A stretch of 64,000 nt of DNA from an uncultured Muribaculaceae bacterium (GCA_910578095.1 CAJTOZ010000012.1:4269-68268); one strand, 5' to 3'. Shown: positions 1-12,980, counted from the stretch's first letter. Notes: generated by a model from the sequence alone, not told the origin. A program made the numbers and translations.

Positions 1-40
1 GAGCATCGTAGAACGGTGATATGGAGGCCTGCAGTTTCAT
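1..40 (-). CDS. 5' end of a gene running off the left edge (MKLQASISPFYDA...), product unknown
   Basis: ATG at 40 on the minus strand, preceded 4 nt upstream by TAACTTTG (45-52), a Bacteroidetes -7 promoter element; the frame is open to the window edge. Confidence 0.45.
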   Translation of the reverse strand, partial: MKLQASISPFYDA

Positions 41-163
41 GCCGCAAAGTTAAGCATACTTTTTCATCCCTGCAATAGTCAAAGCGTTAAATCCCAAAAT
101 TCCAAAAAATCCAATATATGCCACAAGCCGAAACGTCGGCGCATAAATCACCTTAGTTTTTTT

Positions 164-434
164 GCGGGCACAGGAGCACAAAATTACAAAAGAAACAAAA
201 GGATTAGTAATCAATAAATAACATATATGATTATACGCAAAAGTCCCCAAGGTTTTATTCTCAATGTAGGGACGTGCCTTTGGCACGTAAAATTGGCATG
301 CAGGCATATTACACATCGCAAAGCGATGTCCCCACATTGCGGGCGGTAACCTTATGATGTCAACCTGGGTAATTTTGCGGATAATCAATATCACTTATGT
401 ATCTTCTGTTATTCTGTTCTTTTGTACCCCCCGC
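164..434. repeat. Dispersed REP-doublet/MITE-like element, copy 1
   Basis: Core CAATGTAGGGACGTGCCTTTGGCACGT...ACATCGCAAAGCGATGTCCCCACATTG (262-339); near-identical to the cores at 11281-11358 and 60424-60501. Confidence 0.85.
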
Positions 435-491
435 TATACAAGCTTGCTTATAATTATGCGCCGTAATTTAGGCTTGTGCCCAATATAAAAG

Positions 492-528
492 CAATACAGA
501 GAAGCCCGTTGCGGACTTCTCTGTATTG
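492..528 (-). terminator. Rho-independent terminator after the GH2 gene
   Basis: Stem CAATACAGAGAAG.CCG / CGG.CTTCTCTGTATTG with a T-run on the minus strand, just past the stop at 556. Confidence 0.7.
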
Positions 529-555
529 GATTGGATAAGGCGAGCGATGGCTGCG

Positions 556-3699
<3,144 letters not shown>

Positions 3700-3708
3700 T
3701 CAGAGGCT

Positions 3709-5676
3709 TCACCTCACGTGGTACACTCCGAAGCTGTGTGGCGCCACTTCCAGCGCCACTGCGTCGCGCTCGGTTATGGCCGCTGAAAGGGTTTCCGTCT
3801 CCGGCACCACCCGGGCAGGATTGTCAAGGGTGTTCTCGTCCAGAGGATCGTCGGCGCTCAGCACTGTGGCCACTACCGTCTCGAGAGCACGTTTCTTTTT
3901 AAGACCGGCGAACGTGAGGTTCACGTGCTGAGGGGTGTCGCCGGTGTTCACGATCTTGACAATGAAGCCGCCATCGCCGTCGGTCACGGCCGAGGCATAC
4001 AGGCCGTTCTGTCCGGCCACGGGCTTGCCGTCCATGGTGGCGGGCAGCACACGCTCGCCACGGTTGCAGGCGAAGAGCTGTTGCACATAGTAGCTCGAGG
4101 TGGCCACGGAGCCAAAGTTGTCGAACCATATCATGTCCGGGCGCCACTGCCAGCCTTCAGTGTGTGCCAGCAGGGGTGCGTAGGTGGCCATGTGCACGAT
4201 GTCGGCGTTGCGTTCCAGGCCCGTCATGAGCGCGGCTTCCATGAGCGCGGCATTGAAATGGTTGTAGTTGCGGCCGTCGGCGCCATGGCAGGCATATTCG
4301 CCGGCAAACACGGCAGGCCCGCGGCGGTCGTAGCCGTCGTAGCGGGTGGCGTTGCGCAGAAACCATTCCTCGTTGCGATAGTAGTGCTCGTCCACGAGGT
4401 CGGCGCCTATACGCGCCATTTCGGGCCACAGGTAGTCAAATTTGTCGCCTTCGGGATCCGGCCCCGACGAACCCACTATACGGATGTCGGGATAGCGCTC
4501 GCGCACAGCCTTGACAAAGGGCGCGAGACGCTGCGTATAGGGCTCGCTCCACTGCTCGTTGCCGATGGCCACATACTTGAGGCCGAATGGTGCGGGATGT
4601 CCCATCGAGGCGCGCAGCGCCCCCCAGCGTGTGGAGGTGTCGCCATTGGCGAATTCTATGAGGTCGAGCACATCGTCGATGTAGGGCTGCAGACTGTCCA
4701 GAGGCACATGCGCGCTGTCGGCTTCATTCTGATACTGGCACGACAGCCCCACATTCATCACCGGCAGGGGCTCGGCGCCGATGTCCTCGGCCAGCAGGAA
4801 GTACTCGTAGAAGCCGAGACCGTAGCTCTGATAGTAGTCGGGGAAGAAACGGTTGGTGAAGGTATAGTGCCAGCGGTTTTCGTTGAGCGGTCGGTTTTCC
4901 ACGGGTCCCACCGTGTTTTTCCACTGATAGCGCGTGGGCAGATCGGTGCCCTCCACTATGCATCCACCGGGAAAGCGCAGCAGCCCGGGATGCAGGTCGG
5001 CGAGTTTCTGTGCCAGATCGCGGCGCAGTCCGCCGCGACGTCCTTTCCACGTGTCGGCAGGAAATAGCGACACATGCTCTATATCGGCCGTGGCACTACC
5101 CTCAAGGAATATGCGCAGGCGCCCCTTGGCCACAGTGGCATCGGGGGTCAGCACAGCCTCGTAGCATCGCCACTCGCCCGGCGCGGCCGCCACGGCTGCC
5201 GAAGCCACCACCTGGGTGCGCCGCGATGTGGACGGGTCTATCAGCTCCACGCGCATGCGGGCGGTATCGGCCGTGGCACTGCGGGCCCACACCGAGAAAC
5301 GGTATTCTTCGCCCCGACGCACGCTCACACCGAAAAATCCTTCGTTGTCCACGCCGGTGTGCTTGTGGGCGTGGCCGGAGGGCGAGAGCCGCACGTAGTG
5401 GGGGTTGCGCTCGAAGGGCCCGTCGGAACGGAGCTCCACATTGCCGAAGGCGCGCCAGCCCTGCAGATGCTGCGGAAACTCAAACGAGCGGTTTTTCACC
5501 ATCTCGGCATACAGGCCGCCATCGGCGGCAAAATTTATATCCTCAAAAAACAAGCCGTACATGGTGGGCTGCACCACGGCTCCGGCGCGGTCGGCGCGCA
5601 CGGTGATGTCGTTGCCGGCACCCCAGCCTGCGAGGGCACACGCCGACATAATGCTTGCTGCTATAATGCTTTTCAT
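3709..5676 (-). CDS. GH51 alpha-L-arabinofuranosidase
   Basis: MYGLFFEDINFAADGGLYAE, LRFPGGC, AIGNEQW, DEHYY, GEYA, MATYAPL; start placed at MKSII (5676), 8 nt downstream of TATATTTG. Confidence 0.9.
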   Translation of the reverse strand: MKSIIAASIMSACALAGWGAGNDITVRADRAGAVVQPTMYGLFFEDINFAADGGLYAEMVKNRSFEFPQHLQGWRAFGNVELRSDGPFERNPHYVRLSPSGHAHKHTGVDNEGFFGVSVRRGEEYRFSVWARSATADTARMRVELIDPSTSRRTQVVASAAVAAAPGEWRCYEAVLTPDATVAKGRLRIFLEGSATADIEHVSLFPADTWKGRRGGLRRDLAQKLADLHPGLLRFPGGCIVEGTDLPTRYQWKNTVGPVENRPLNENRWHYTFTNRFFPDYYQSYGLGFYEYFLLAEDIGAEPLPVMNVGLSCQYQNEADSAHVPLDSLQPYIDDVLDLIEFANGDTSTRWGALRASMGHPAPFGLKYVAIGNEQWSEPYTQRLAPFVKAVRERYPDIRIVGSSGPDPEGDKFDYLWPEMARIGADLVDEHYYRNEEWFLRNATRYDGYDRRGPAVFAGEYACHGADGRNYNHFNAALMEAALMTGLERNADIVHMATYAPLLAHTEGWQWRPDMIWFDNFGSVATSSYYVQQLFACNRGERVLPATMDGKPVAGQNGLYASAVTDGDGGFIVKIVNTGDTPQHVNLTFAGLKKKRALETVVATVLSADDPLDENTLDNPARVVPETETLSAAITERDAVALEVAPHSFGVYHVR

Positions 5677-5733
5677 GATGCTTGCAAATATAATCAATTA
5701 TTATTTATAATACGTGCGAGCAGCCTAAAATCA

Positions 5734-6651
5734 CTAACCGAGCGATGAAATCACCTCACGGTTGGCCCGGTCCACTTCATCGTTGTCGAGCGACGCGAGA
5801 TATATGCGCGTGGTATGCTCGCTGTCGTGCCCCATACCCTCGCTTATCACACTCAGCGGCACCCCGCGGCTGTAGGCGGCCGAGGCCCACGAGTGGCGAG
5901 CCACATACATCGTGAGCGGAGCCGCGATTCCGGCCAGGCATCCCACCTCCTTCAGCCTCCGGTTGATATTATAGGCCACCTTGCGGCACGCCGGACGCAC
6001 CGACGGCATACGGCCTCCTATCAGCGGCAGCAGATATGGCGATGCCGGCGGATAACGGTCGACGATGGCCTGCATCTCCGGCAGCCACGCCACAGACATA
6101 GACCGGCCGGTTTTGCGGCGGACATACTCCACCCGCCCGTAGCGCAACTGGTCGCGCTGCAGCAGCGCCATATCTATGAAGCTCATGCCCCGCAGATAGA
6201 AGCTGAGCATGAACATATCGCGGGCATAAGCCAACTGCGGCAGGTGGGCCAACGGCAGATCCCGCACCCGGGCGACTTCCGCAGCCGACAGGGCGCGCTT
6301 GACCGTTCGGTCCACACCCGTGTAGACATGCCGGAAAGGATGCTGAAAAGCCACAAGCCCCGCATCGGCCGCGCGGTTGTAGACAGCACGCAGTATGCGC
6401 ATGTAGAACGACACGCTGTTGCGCACCAGTCCGCGCCCGAGAAGATAACCCTCGTAGGCTTGCAGGGTGTCGTCGGTGAAATCGGCAAGCGTGGGGGGCT
6501 TGGGCGCCATAAATTTGCTGAAACTGCTGAGAGCGCTGCTGTATGTCTCGGAGGTGCGGGCGTGCCCGCTGGCGCGGAGCGAGGCGATGATGCCGCCCAT
6601 ATAGTCGCCCAGCAGTACGCCGGCTGCGGCGGGAGTGGTGATGGTCTGCAT
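5734..6651 (-). CDS. Tyrosine recombinase/site-specific integrase (SAM-like N-domain plus catalytic domain)
   Basis: Catalytic residues intact: RGMSFIDM (R), RRKT (K), YVARHSW, MGH, TRIY (Y); start at MQTITT, about 305 aa, no arm-binding extension. Confidence 0.9.
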   Translation of the reverse strand: MQTITTPAAAGVLLGDYMGGIIASLRASGHARTSETYSSALSSFSKFMAPKPPTLADFTDDTLQAYEGYLLGRGLVRNSVSFYMRILRAVYNRAADAGLVAFQHPFRHVYTGVDRTVKRALSAAEVARVRDLPLAHLPQLAYARDMFMLSFYLRGMSFIDMALLQRDQLRYGRVEYVRRKTGRSMSVAWLPEMQAIVDRYPPASPYLLPLIGGRMPSVRPACRKVAYNINRRLKEVGCLAGIAAPLTMYVARHSWASAAYSRGVPLSVISEGMGHDSEHTTRIYLASLDNDEVDRANREVISSLG

Positions 6652-6718
6652 TTTTTGGCGTAAAGTAACAAACTGCACGCGTAAAACGCAAACGCCCACG
6701 CCAGGCAACTGCGTTGCG

Positions 6719-8164
6719 CTACCGCCCCAGGCGGGTGAGCGCATCCCGGGCCAATGTGTAGTTCTGGGCGGCGGCTTTGCGATACCAGCGCACGGCTTCC
6801 TCTACGTTTTGCCCTACCCCGCGCCCATTTTCATACATGTGTCCCAGATTGTATTGCCCGCGGGCAAAACCCTGCTCGGCTGATTTGCGGTACCAGCGCA
6901 CGGCCTCCGAAAGGTCCTGATCCACACCCCGGCCACTGTCATACATATAACCAAGGTTGCATTGGCCCGTGGAAAAACCTTGCTCAGCCGACTTACGGTA
7001 CCAGCGCGCGGCCTCCGAATAGTCCTGGCTCACGCCGCGGCCGCTGTCATACATATAACCAAGATTGCATTGGCCACGGGCATTGCCTTGCTCGGCCGAT
7101 TTACGGTACCAGCGAACGGCTTCCGAATAGTCCAGACCCACACCGTGGCCGGTTTCATACATATAACCAAGGTTGCTTTGGCCGAGAGCATTACCTTGCT
7201 CGGCCGACTTACGGTACCAGCGAACGGCCTCCGAATAGTCCTGGCTCACGCCGCGGCCGCTGTCATACATATAACCAAGGTTACATTGGCCGAGAGCATT
7301 GCCTTGCTCGGCCGATTTACGGTACCAGCGAACGGCTTCCGAAAGGTCCTGACCCACACCGCACCCACCGTCATACATATAACCAAGGTTGCTTTGGCCG
7401 AGAGCATTACCTTGCTCGGCCGATTTGCGGTACCAGCGCACGGCCTCCGAATAGTCCTGGCTCACGCCGCGGCCATTGGCATACATATAACCAAGGTTGT
7501 TTTGGGCTGCATCATTACCTTGCTCGGCGGCCTTGCGATACCAGCGCACGGCCTCCGAATAGTCCACTTTTCCCAAATGGCCGTTTTCATGTATCAGTCC
7601 AATATAATTCTGGGCGCGTTTGTCGTCCCGGATGCTCATGAACAGATCGTAGGCTGTGGCATACAGATGGTCGTCATACGCCTTCACCGCGCGGTCGTAC
7701 ACTTCATTCACATCCGGCACGGGCGCAGGAGCCACCACCGCCGGAGCAGTCTGGGATACGGCCGGCGCACCGGCCTCGGAAAGCTTCAGTATATATGTCA
7801 TCTGGCCGGAAAGGCTCGGATAGTCATGATCCATAAATTTGATGTGCAGGGGCAGATGATGCTCGAACACCAACTCCAACTGCTTGGAATCGTGCGACAT
7901 ATACACCCACTTTTCCATGCCTGCGGACACGATGTCGCCCACCACGGACCCGCGCGCAGCAGCGATATTGTCGGCCACATACACTTTCACCACCGCACAC
8001 TTGCGGCCGTTGGCATCGATGCGCGAATTCACGCGCGCCGTAAGGTCCTTAGGCGCAATCTCGAAGCTCGCTACGGCAAATTCCTGAGCCGTAGCGCTCA
8101 AATGAAGGAGCAGAAGCAGGCAGACAATCAGATATTTCGGCATAGATATGTGGCTGTGTGACAT
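6719..8164 (-). CDS. Secreted SEL1-like repeat protein, paralog A (8 repeats)
   Basis: Signal peptide ending ATA-QEF; eight 36-aa repeats of the form AQxNLGYMYxxGxGVxQDYSEAVRWYRKSAEQG. Confidence 0.92.
   Translation of the reverse strand: MSHSHISMPKYLIVCLLLLLHLSATAQEFAVASFEIAPKDLTARVNSRIDANGRKCAVVKVYVADNIAAARGSVVGDIVSAGMEKWVYMSHDSKQLELVFEHHLPLHIKFMDHDYPSLSGQMTYILKLSEAGAPAVSQTAPAVVAPAPVPDVNEVYDRAVKAYDDHLYATAYDLFMSIRDDKRAQNYIGLIHENGHLGKVDYSEAVRWYRKAAEQGNDAAQNNLGYMYANGRGVSQDYSEAVRWYRKSAEQGNALGQSNLGYMYDGGCGVGQDLSEAVRWYRKSAEQGNALGQCNLGYMYDSGRGVSQDYSEAVRWYRKSAEQGNALGQSNLGYMYETGHGVGLDYSEAVRWYRKSAEQGNARGQCNLGYMYDSGRGVSQDYSEAARWYRKSAEQGFSTGQCNLGYMYDSGRGVDQDLSEAVRWYRKSAEQGFARGQYNLGHMYENGRGVGQNVEEAVRWYRKAAAQNYTLARDALTRLGR
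6770..7620. repeat. 108-bp coding tandem repeat (SEL1 array A)
   Basis: Near-identical DNA units CTTGCTCGGCCGATTTACGGTACCAGCG...CATACATATAACCAAG with a 108-bp period. Confidence 0.9.
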
Positions 8165-8307
8165 TTGAATGCAAATTTAGCCATTAAGGCCGAATTATGC
8201 AAATACGCAAAAAAGCAACACAAAAGTAAATGATTATCCGCAAAAACTATCCAATCAACAAACTGCATGCGTAAAACGCACCCTTCACGGCATGTTGCCG
8301 CGATGCG

Positions 8308-9861
8308 CTACCGCCCCAGACGGGTCAACGCATCCATGGCCGATGTATTGTTCTGGGCGGCAGCCTTACGGTACCAGCGCACGGCCTCCTCAATGTCTTT
8401 ACCTACACCCTGGCCGTTTTCATACATACATCCCAGATTGTATTGGCCGTCAGCATCACCCTGCTCGGCCGATTTTCGGTACCAGCGCGCGGCCTCCGAA
8501 TAGTCCTGGCCCACACCCAAGCCGTTATAATACATATAGCCAAGATTGCATTGGGCACTCGCTTGACCCTGTTCGGCCGATTTACGGTACCATCCCGCGG
8601 CTTTGGAATAATCCTGGTCCACACCCAAGCCGTTATCATACATAATACCAATACAGTATTGGGCAAGGGCATGGCCCTGATCCGCCGCTTTACAAAACCA
8701 ACGCACTGCCTCGGAATAATCCTGGCCCACACCCCAGCCGTTATAATGCATACTACCAAGATTGTATTGGGCACGGGCATAACCCTGATCCGCCGCTTTA
8801 CGAAACCAACGCACTGCCTCGGAATAATCCTGGCCCACACCCCAGCCGTTATAATACATAATACCAATACTGTATTGGGCAAGGGCATAGCCCTGATCCG
8901 CCGATTTACGGTACCAACGCACTGCCTCTGAATACTCCTGCCCCACACCTCGGCCGTTTGCATACATCGAGCCAAGATTGAGTTGGGCACGGGCTTGACC
9001 CTGTTCGGCAGCTTTACGGTACCAACTCACAGCTTCCGAATAGTCCTGACCTATGCCTCGGCCACTTTCATACATATAGCCAAGGTTGCATTGGGCAGCG
9101 GCATCACCCTGCTCTGCGGATTTACGGTACCACCGCACTGCCTCGGAAAGGTCCTGGTCCACGCCTTGGCCATTTTCATACATACAGCCAAGATTGCATT
9201 GGCCACGGGCATGACCTTGCTCGGCGGCCTTGCGGTACCAGCGCACGGCCTCCGATAAGTCCACTTTTCCCAAATGGCCGTTTTCATGTATCAGTCCAAT
9301 ATAATTCTGGGCGCGTTTGTCGTCCCGGATGCTCATGAACAGATCGTAGGCTGTGGCATACAGATGGTCGTCATACGCCTTCACCGCACGGCCGTACACT
9401 TCATTCACATCCGGCACGGGCGCAGGAGCCACCACCGCCGGAGCAGTCTGGGATACGGCCGGCGCACCGGCCTCGGAAAGCTTTAGTATGTAGACCATCT
9501 GGCCGGAAAGGCTCGGATAGTCATGATCCATAAATTTGATGTGCAGAGGCAGATGACGCTCGAACACCAGCTCCAAATGCTTGGAATCGTGCGACATATA
9601 CACCCACTTCTCCATGCCTGCGGACACGATGTCGCCCACGACCGACCCGCGCGCAGCAGCAATATTGTCGGCCACATACACTTTCACCACCGCGCACTTG
9701 CGGCCATTGGCATCGATGCGCGAATTCACACGCGCCGTAAGGTCCTTAGGCGCAATCTCGAAGCTCGCTACAGCAAATTCCTGAGCCGTAGCGCTCAAAT
9801 GAAGGAACAGAAGCAGGCAAACAATCAGATATTTCAGCATAGATGTGTGGCTGTGTGACAT
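8308..9861 (-). CDS. Secreted SEL1-like repeat protein, paralog B (9 repeats)
   Basis: First ~200 aa nearly identical to paralog A; nine SEL1 repeats; exactly 36 aa longer than A. Confidence 0.92.
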   Translation of the reverse strand: MSHSHTSMLKYLIVCLLLFLHLSATAQEFAVASFEIAPKDLTARVNSRIDANGRKCAVVKVYVADNIAAARGSVVGDIVSAGMEKWVYMSHDSKHLELVFERHLPLHIKFMDHDYPSLSGQMVYILKLSEAGAPAVSQTAPAVVAPAPVPDVNEVYGRAVKAYDDHLYATAYDLFMSIRDDKRAQNYIGLIHENGHLGKVDLSEAVRWYRKAAEQGHARGQCNLGCMYENGQGVDQDLSEAVRWYRKSAEQGDAAAQCNLGYMYESGRGIGQDYSEAVSWYRKAAEQGQARAQLNLGSMYANGRGVGQEYSEAVRWYRKSADQGYALAQYSIGIMYYNGWGVGQDYSEAVRWFRKAADQGYARAQYNLGSMHYNGWGVGQDYSEAVRWFCKAADQGHALAQYCIGIMYDNGLGVDQDYSKAAGWYRKSAEQGQASAQCNLGYMYYNGLGVGQDYSEAARWYRKSAEQGDADGQYNLGCMYENGQGVGKDIEEAVRWYRKAAAQNNTSAMDALTRLGR

Positions 9862-9912
9862 TTGAATGCAAATTTAGCCATTAAGGCCGGATTATGCAAA
9901 TACACAAAATAC

Positions 9913-9942
9913 CCCCCGGAAGTTGCGGAAAACTTCCGGGGG
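9913..9942 (-). terminator. Terminator hairpin ending the mannan catabolic operon
   Basis: CCCCCGGAAGTT...AACTTCCGGGGG just past the AGE stop (9971), followed by T-rich sequence on the minus strand. Confidence 0.7.
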
Positions 9943-9970
9943 ATACCTCATACAATATCATCCGTCCGGA

Positions 9971-11188
9971 TCACTCCCCGGCGAGTATCTCTTCTATTCG
10001 CTCGGCGGCCTCCAGACACATGCGTCCGTTGTGGTAGGGACACTTCCAGAAACCGGCTTTGTCGTCGGCGCGGTTGGCCGTCGTGCCACGGCGGCTCCAC
10101 AGCCATTCGCCATGCTCGCGGTCCACGATATTGTCGCGGATATAGTCCCAGCTTTGCACTGCCATGGGCAAAAACTCGCTGCGGCCGTGGAAAATGTACT
10201 GATACAGCTGTCCGAGCACATTCTCAGCCTGCACCCACCAGTGTTTGTCGTCGTCATAGCGGCCGGAGGCATGGCGCTCATACACCATGGAGCCGTCGAA
10301 ACAACGTCCCTCCATCGCGGCATCGGCTATGCGGCGGGTGGTGTCGAGCGTGCGGCCGAGCAGATCGTCGTCGGCGAGCACCTGCTCGGTCTCCAGCATC
10401 AGCCATGAGGCCTCGATGTCGTGGCCGTAGCTTATCTCGGCATCCTGGCGGTGCCAGTCGTCGTCGAAGAAGAGGCTGAGATGGCCGCGGCCATCGCGTC
10501 CGGTGAAGGTGTCGAGGAAGAGGCGCAGCAGCGATGCCGTGGCCTCGCGCAGCTCTGCATCGGGCCACACGCGCAGCAGATTGGTGTATGGCTCTATGAT
10601 GTGCAGGTGGGTGTTCATCGTCTTGCTGGCGTTGTCGTCCTTGGCGCTCAGGCGCATGTCGGCAATCGGGGTCCAGTCGCGCTGAGCGGCCTCGAGATAG
10701 CCACCGCGCTCGCGGTCGCGGCTGTGTGTCTCGATATCGTGGAAGAGACGCTTCGCATAGTCCAGAGCCTCGGCATCGCCGGTGGCGCGGGCATACTCGC
10801 TCAGCCCGTAGATGGCGAAACCTATGGCATAGAACTGCTTTTTGGTGTCGAGCGGCGTGCCGTCGGCATTGAGGCTCCAGTAGATGCCGCCATACTCGGG
10901 ATCGTAGAAACGGTCGATTATCTCACGCTTGGCACGTGTGGCCGTCTCAAGATATTCGGGACGGCGCAGCACACGGTAGGCCGCCGAGAATGTCCAGAGA
11001 ATGCGGGCATTGAGTATGGCGCCCTTCGCTGCTTCGGCATCGAGGGTGTCGTCGCCGCTGCGACGGCCGTAGAAACCGCCGCGCGGGTCGGTCATACGCT
11101 CCATCCAGTAGGGAAGGATATTGGTCTGCAGCTCATCAAGCACCTCGGCCCGCAGCTGCGCGGCTATCGTTTTTTCTTCGTCAGTCAT
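9971..11188 (-). CDS. AGE-family cellobiose/mannobiose 2-epimerase
   Basis: ILNARILWTFS, KKQFYAIGFAIYG, KTMNTHLH, SYGHDIE, WWVQAE, WKCPYHNGR; start at MTDEEK because the longer ORF reads into the repeat element; GH130-MFS-AGE synteny. Confidence 0.92.
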   Translation of the reverse strand: MTDEEKTIAAQLRAEVLDELQTNILPYWMERMTDPRGGFYGRRSGDDTLDAEAAKGAILNARILWTFSAAYRVLRRPEYLETATRAKREIIDRFYDPEYGGIYWSLNADGTPLDTKKQFYAIGFAIYGLSEYARATGDAEALDYAKRLFHDIETHSRDRERGGYLEAAQRDWTPIADMRLSAKDDNASKTMNTHLHIIEPYTNLLRVWPDAELREATASLLRLFLDTFTGRDGRGHLSLFFDDDWHRQDAEISYGHDIEASWLMLETEQVLADDDLLGRTLDTTRRIADAAMEGRCFDGSMVYERHASGRYDDDKHWWVQAENVLGQLYQYIFHGRSEFLPMAVQSWDYIRDNIVDREHGEWLWSRRGTTANRADDKAGFWKCPYHNGRMCLEAAERIEEILAGE

Positions 11189-11207
11189 AGTAAACTTTGT
11201 TGATACA

Positions 11208-11449
11208 GGGGGCACAAAAAGACACAAGCAACAAAATATTTTTTTATGATTATCCGCAAAAGCACCCAAGGTCTTATTCTCAATGTAGGGACGTGCCTTT
11301 GGCACGTAAAATTGGCATGCAGGCATATTATACATCGCAAAGCGATGTCCCTACATTGCGAGCGGTAACCTTAGGATGTCAAATTGGGTAATTTTGCGTA
11401 TAATCAATTATTTTTTTTGTTTATTTTGTCCCTTATGTCCTTTTGTATC
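11208..11449. repeat. Dispersed REP-doublet/MITE-like element, copy 2 (between MFS and AGE)
   Basis: Core 11281-11358; inner inverted arms ATTATCCGCAAAA / TTTTGCGTATAAT. Confidence 0.85.
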
Positions 11450-11457
11450 TAAATTTT

Positions 11458-12915
11458 TCATTCATCCACCTTATCGGCTTCGGCAGCGGCTTCGGCGGCC
11501 TCAGCCATGGCACGGCGTCCACGACGCGTGACGCTGAGCTCGGCCACTATGGCATCTACGCGGGCTGTATTGAGCGGGTAGAGCCACACAATCAGCATCG
11601 ACAGCAGAGCCACACCCGCGGGAATGAATGTCATGAGAGCCCACAGGCATGTGATGGCGCTCGCAGGCTGGGCCATGCTGAGCACATCGGCACCCTCGGG
11701 ACGCTCCACATATCCGCAGCCATGCAGCAGCCACATGACAGCCGCGCCGCCTATGGCGCCGCCAAACTTCTGGGCCATGGAAGCCGAAGAGAATATCAGG
11801 CCGGTGGATGCGCTGCCGTTCTTGAGTTCGGAATAGTCGCTGACATCGGCATACATCGACCATACCAGCGGCGACATCACGCCGGTGAGCACCGAGATCA
11901 CCACCTGCAGCAGTAGCATCATCAGCAGCCCGGCGTTGCTCTCGGGAGAAAGCATGAAGAACACGAGACTGAACACGATGAGCAACGCGTCGACCATGAT
12001 GAAGGTGGATTTCTTGCCCAGACGCTTGGTGATGGGAACGGCCAAAGCCACACCCACCATATTGGCCACTTCGCCCACTCCTAAGAACAGACCCGAGTAG
12101 AAAAGCATCGACAGACCGAACACCACGATATGCTGCTCGCCGCCGATGATATCGGCGAAGAAGAAAGCCACGGTGGCGCCGCGCACAGTATTAAAGAGGT
12201 TGAAGCACAAGGAAGCTCCGTTGAGCAGCCACCAGGGCTTGTTGGTCAAGAGCGCTTCCAGGTCTTTGCCGAGCGAAGCCTCGCTGACACTGGTCAGCTG
12301 CTCACGGGTGAGCTTGAAGCACAGCAGGAAGAGCACGAAGCAGCAAGCGGCTATCACTATCATCGCAGCCTGCCAGCTGCCCTGCGGCGACATGCCCATA
12401 GTCTCGGCAAACAGACGGCATAGCGGATCCCACGCGAAGAGGGCTATGAACGAGCCGCCATAGGCAAAGAACATGCGGAAAGAGGAATACACTGTTTTCT
12501 CCTGCGAATCCTCGGTCATCACCCCGAGCATGGCGCCGTAGGGCACATTGATGCCGGTGTACACCGTCATCATGAGTATGTATGTAACATAGGCCCATAC
12601 GAGCTTGGCGGCATAGCCCCAGTCGGGAGTGGTGAAGAGAAGGATGCCGCAGATGCTGAACGGCGCGGCCACCCACAGCAGATACGGACGGTATTTGCCC
12701 CAACGGGTGCGGGTGCGGTCGGCGATAGCGCCCATCATGGGATCGCTGACAGCATCCCAGATACGGGTGACGAGAAGGAGCACGCCCGTGTCGACGAGCG
12801 ATATACCGAATACGTTGGCATAGAAGAACGGCAGATAGTAGCTGAACACCTTCCAGAACATACTGGAGGCCATGTCGCCGAATCCGTAGCCGATTTTATG
12901 GGTTAGGTTTGCCAT
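11458..12915 (-). CDS. GPH-family MFS sugar:cation symporter (manno-oligosaccharide uptake)
   Basis: KIGYGFGDMASS, WDAVSDPMMGAIADRTRTRWGKYRP, MYADVSDY; about 12 hydrophobic segments. Confidence 0.9.
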   Translation of the reverse strand: MANLTHKIGYGFGDMASSMFWKVFSYYLPFFYANVFGISLVDTGVLLLVTRIWDAVSDPMMGAIADRTRTRWGKYRPYLLWVAAPFSICGILLFTTPDWGYAAKLVWAYVTYILMMTVYTGINVPYGAMLGVMTEDSQEKTVYSSFRMFFAYGGSFIALFAWDPLCRLFAETMGMSPQGSWQAAMIVIAACCFVLFLLCFKLTREQLTSVSEASLGKDLEALLTNKPWWLLNGASLCFNLFNTVRGATVAFFFADIIGGEQHIVVFGLSMLFYSGLFLGVGEVANMVGVALAVPITKRLGKKSTFIMVDALLIVFSLVFFMLSPESNAGLLMMLLLQVVISVLTGVMSPLVWSMYADVSDYSELKNGSASTGLIFSSASMAQKFGGAIGGAAVMWLLHGCGYVERPEGADVLSMAQPASAITCLWALMTFIPAGVALLSMLIVWLYPLNTARVDAIVAELSVTRRGRRAMAEAAEAAAEADKVDE

Positions 12916-12980
12916 GGGATTAGCAGGGCCGCATCGGGCCCGTGGGTTAAGGGGTTAGTGGGTTGATGTTGTTTGTCTTG

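Noticed and set aside
50..394. Recurring small ORF (…YVPKARPYIENKTLG…), also at 60377-60595 and as the N-terminal extension 11189-11335 of the epimerase
   Set aside because: It is a translation of the dispersed repeat. Starts and ends are inconsistent between copies, and partial copies break the frame.
6719..9861. Diversity-generating retroelement acting on the SEL1 arrays
   Set aside because: No reverse transcriptase in the window, and differences between repeats are not confined to adenines of a non-coding template.
5734..9907. Prophage, ICE or integron around the integrase
   Set aside because: No phage, relaxase or conjugation genes, no tRNA target, and no flanking att-type direct repeat or attC structure that I could see.
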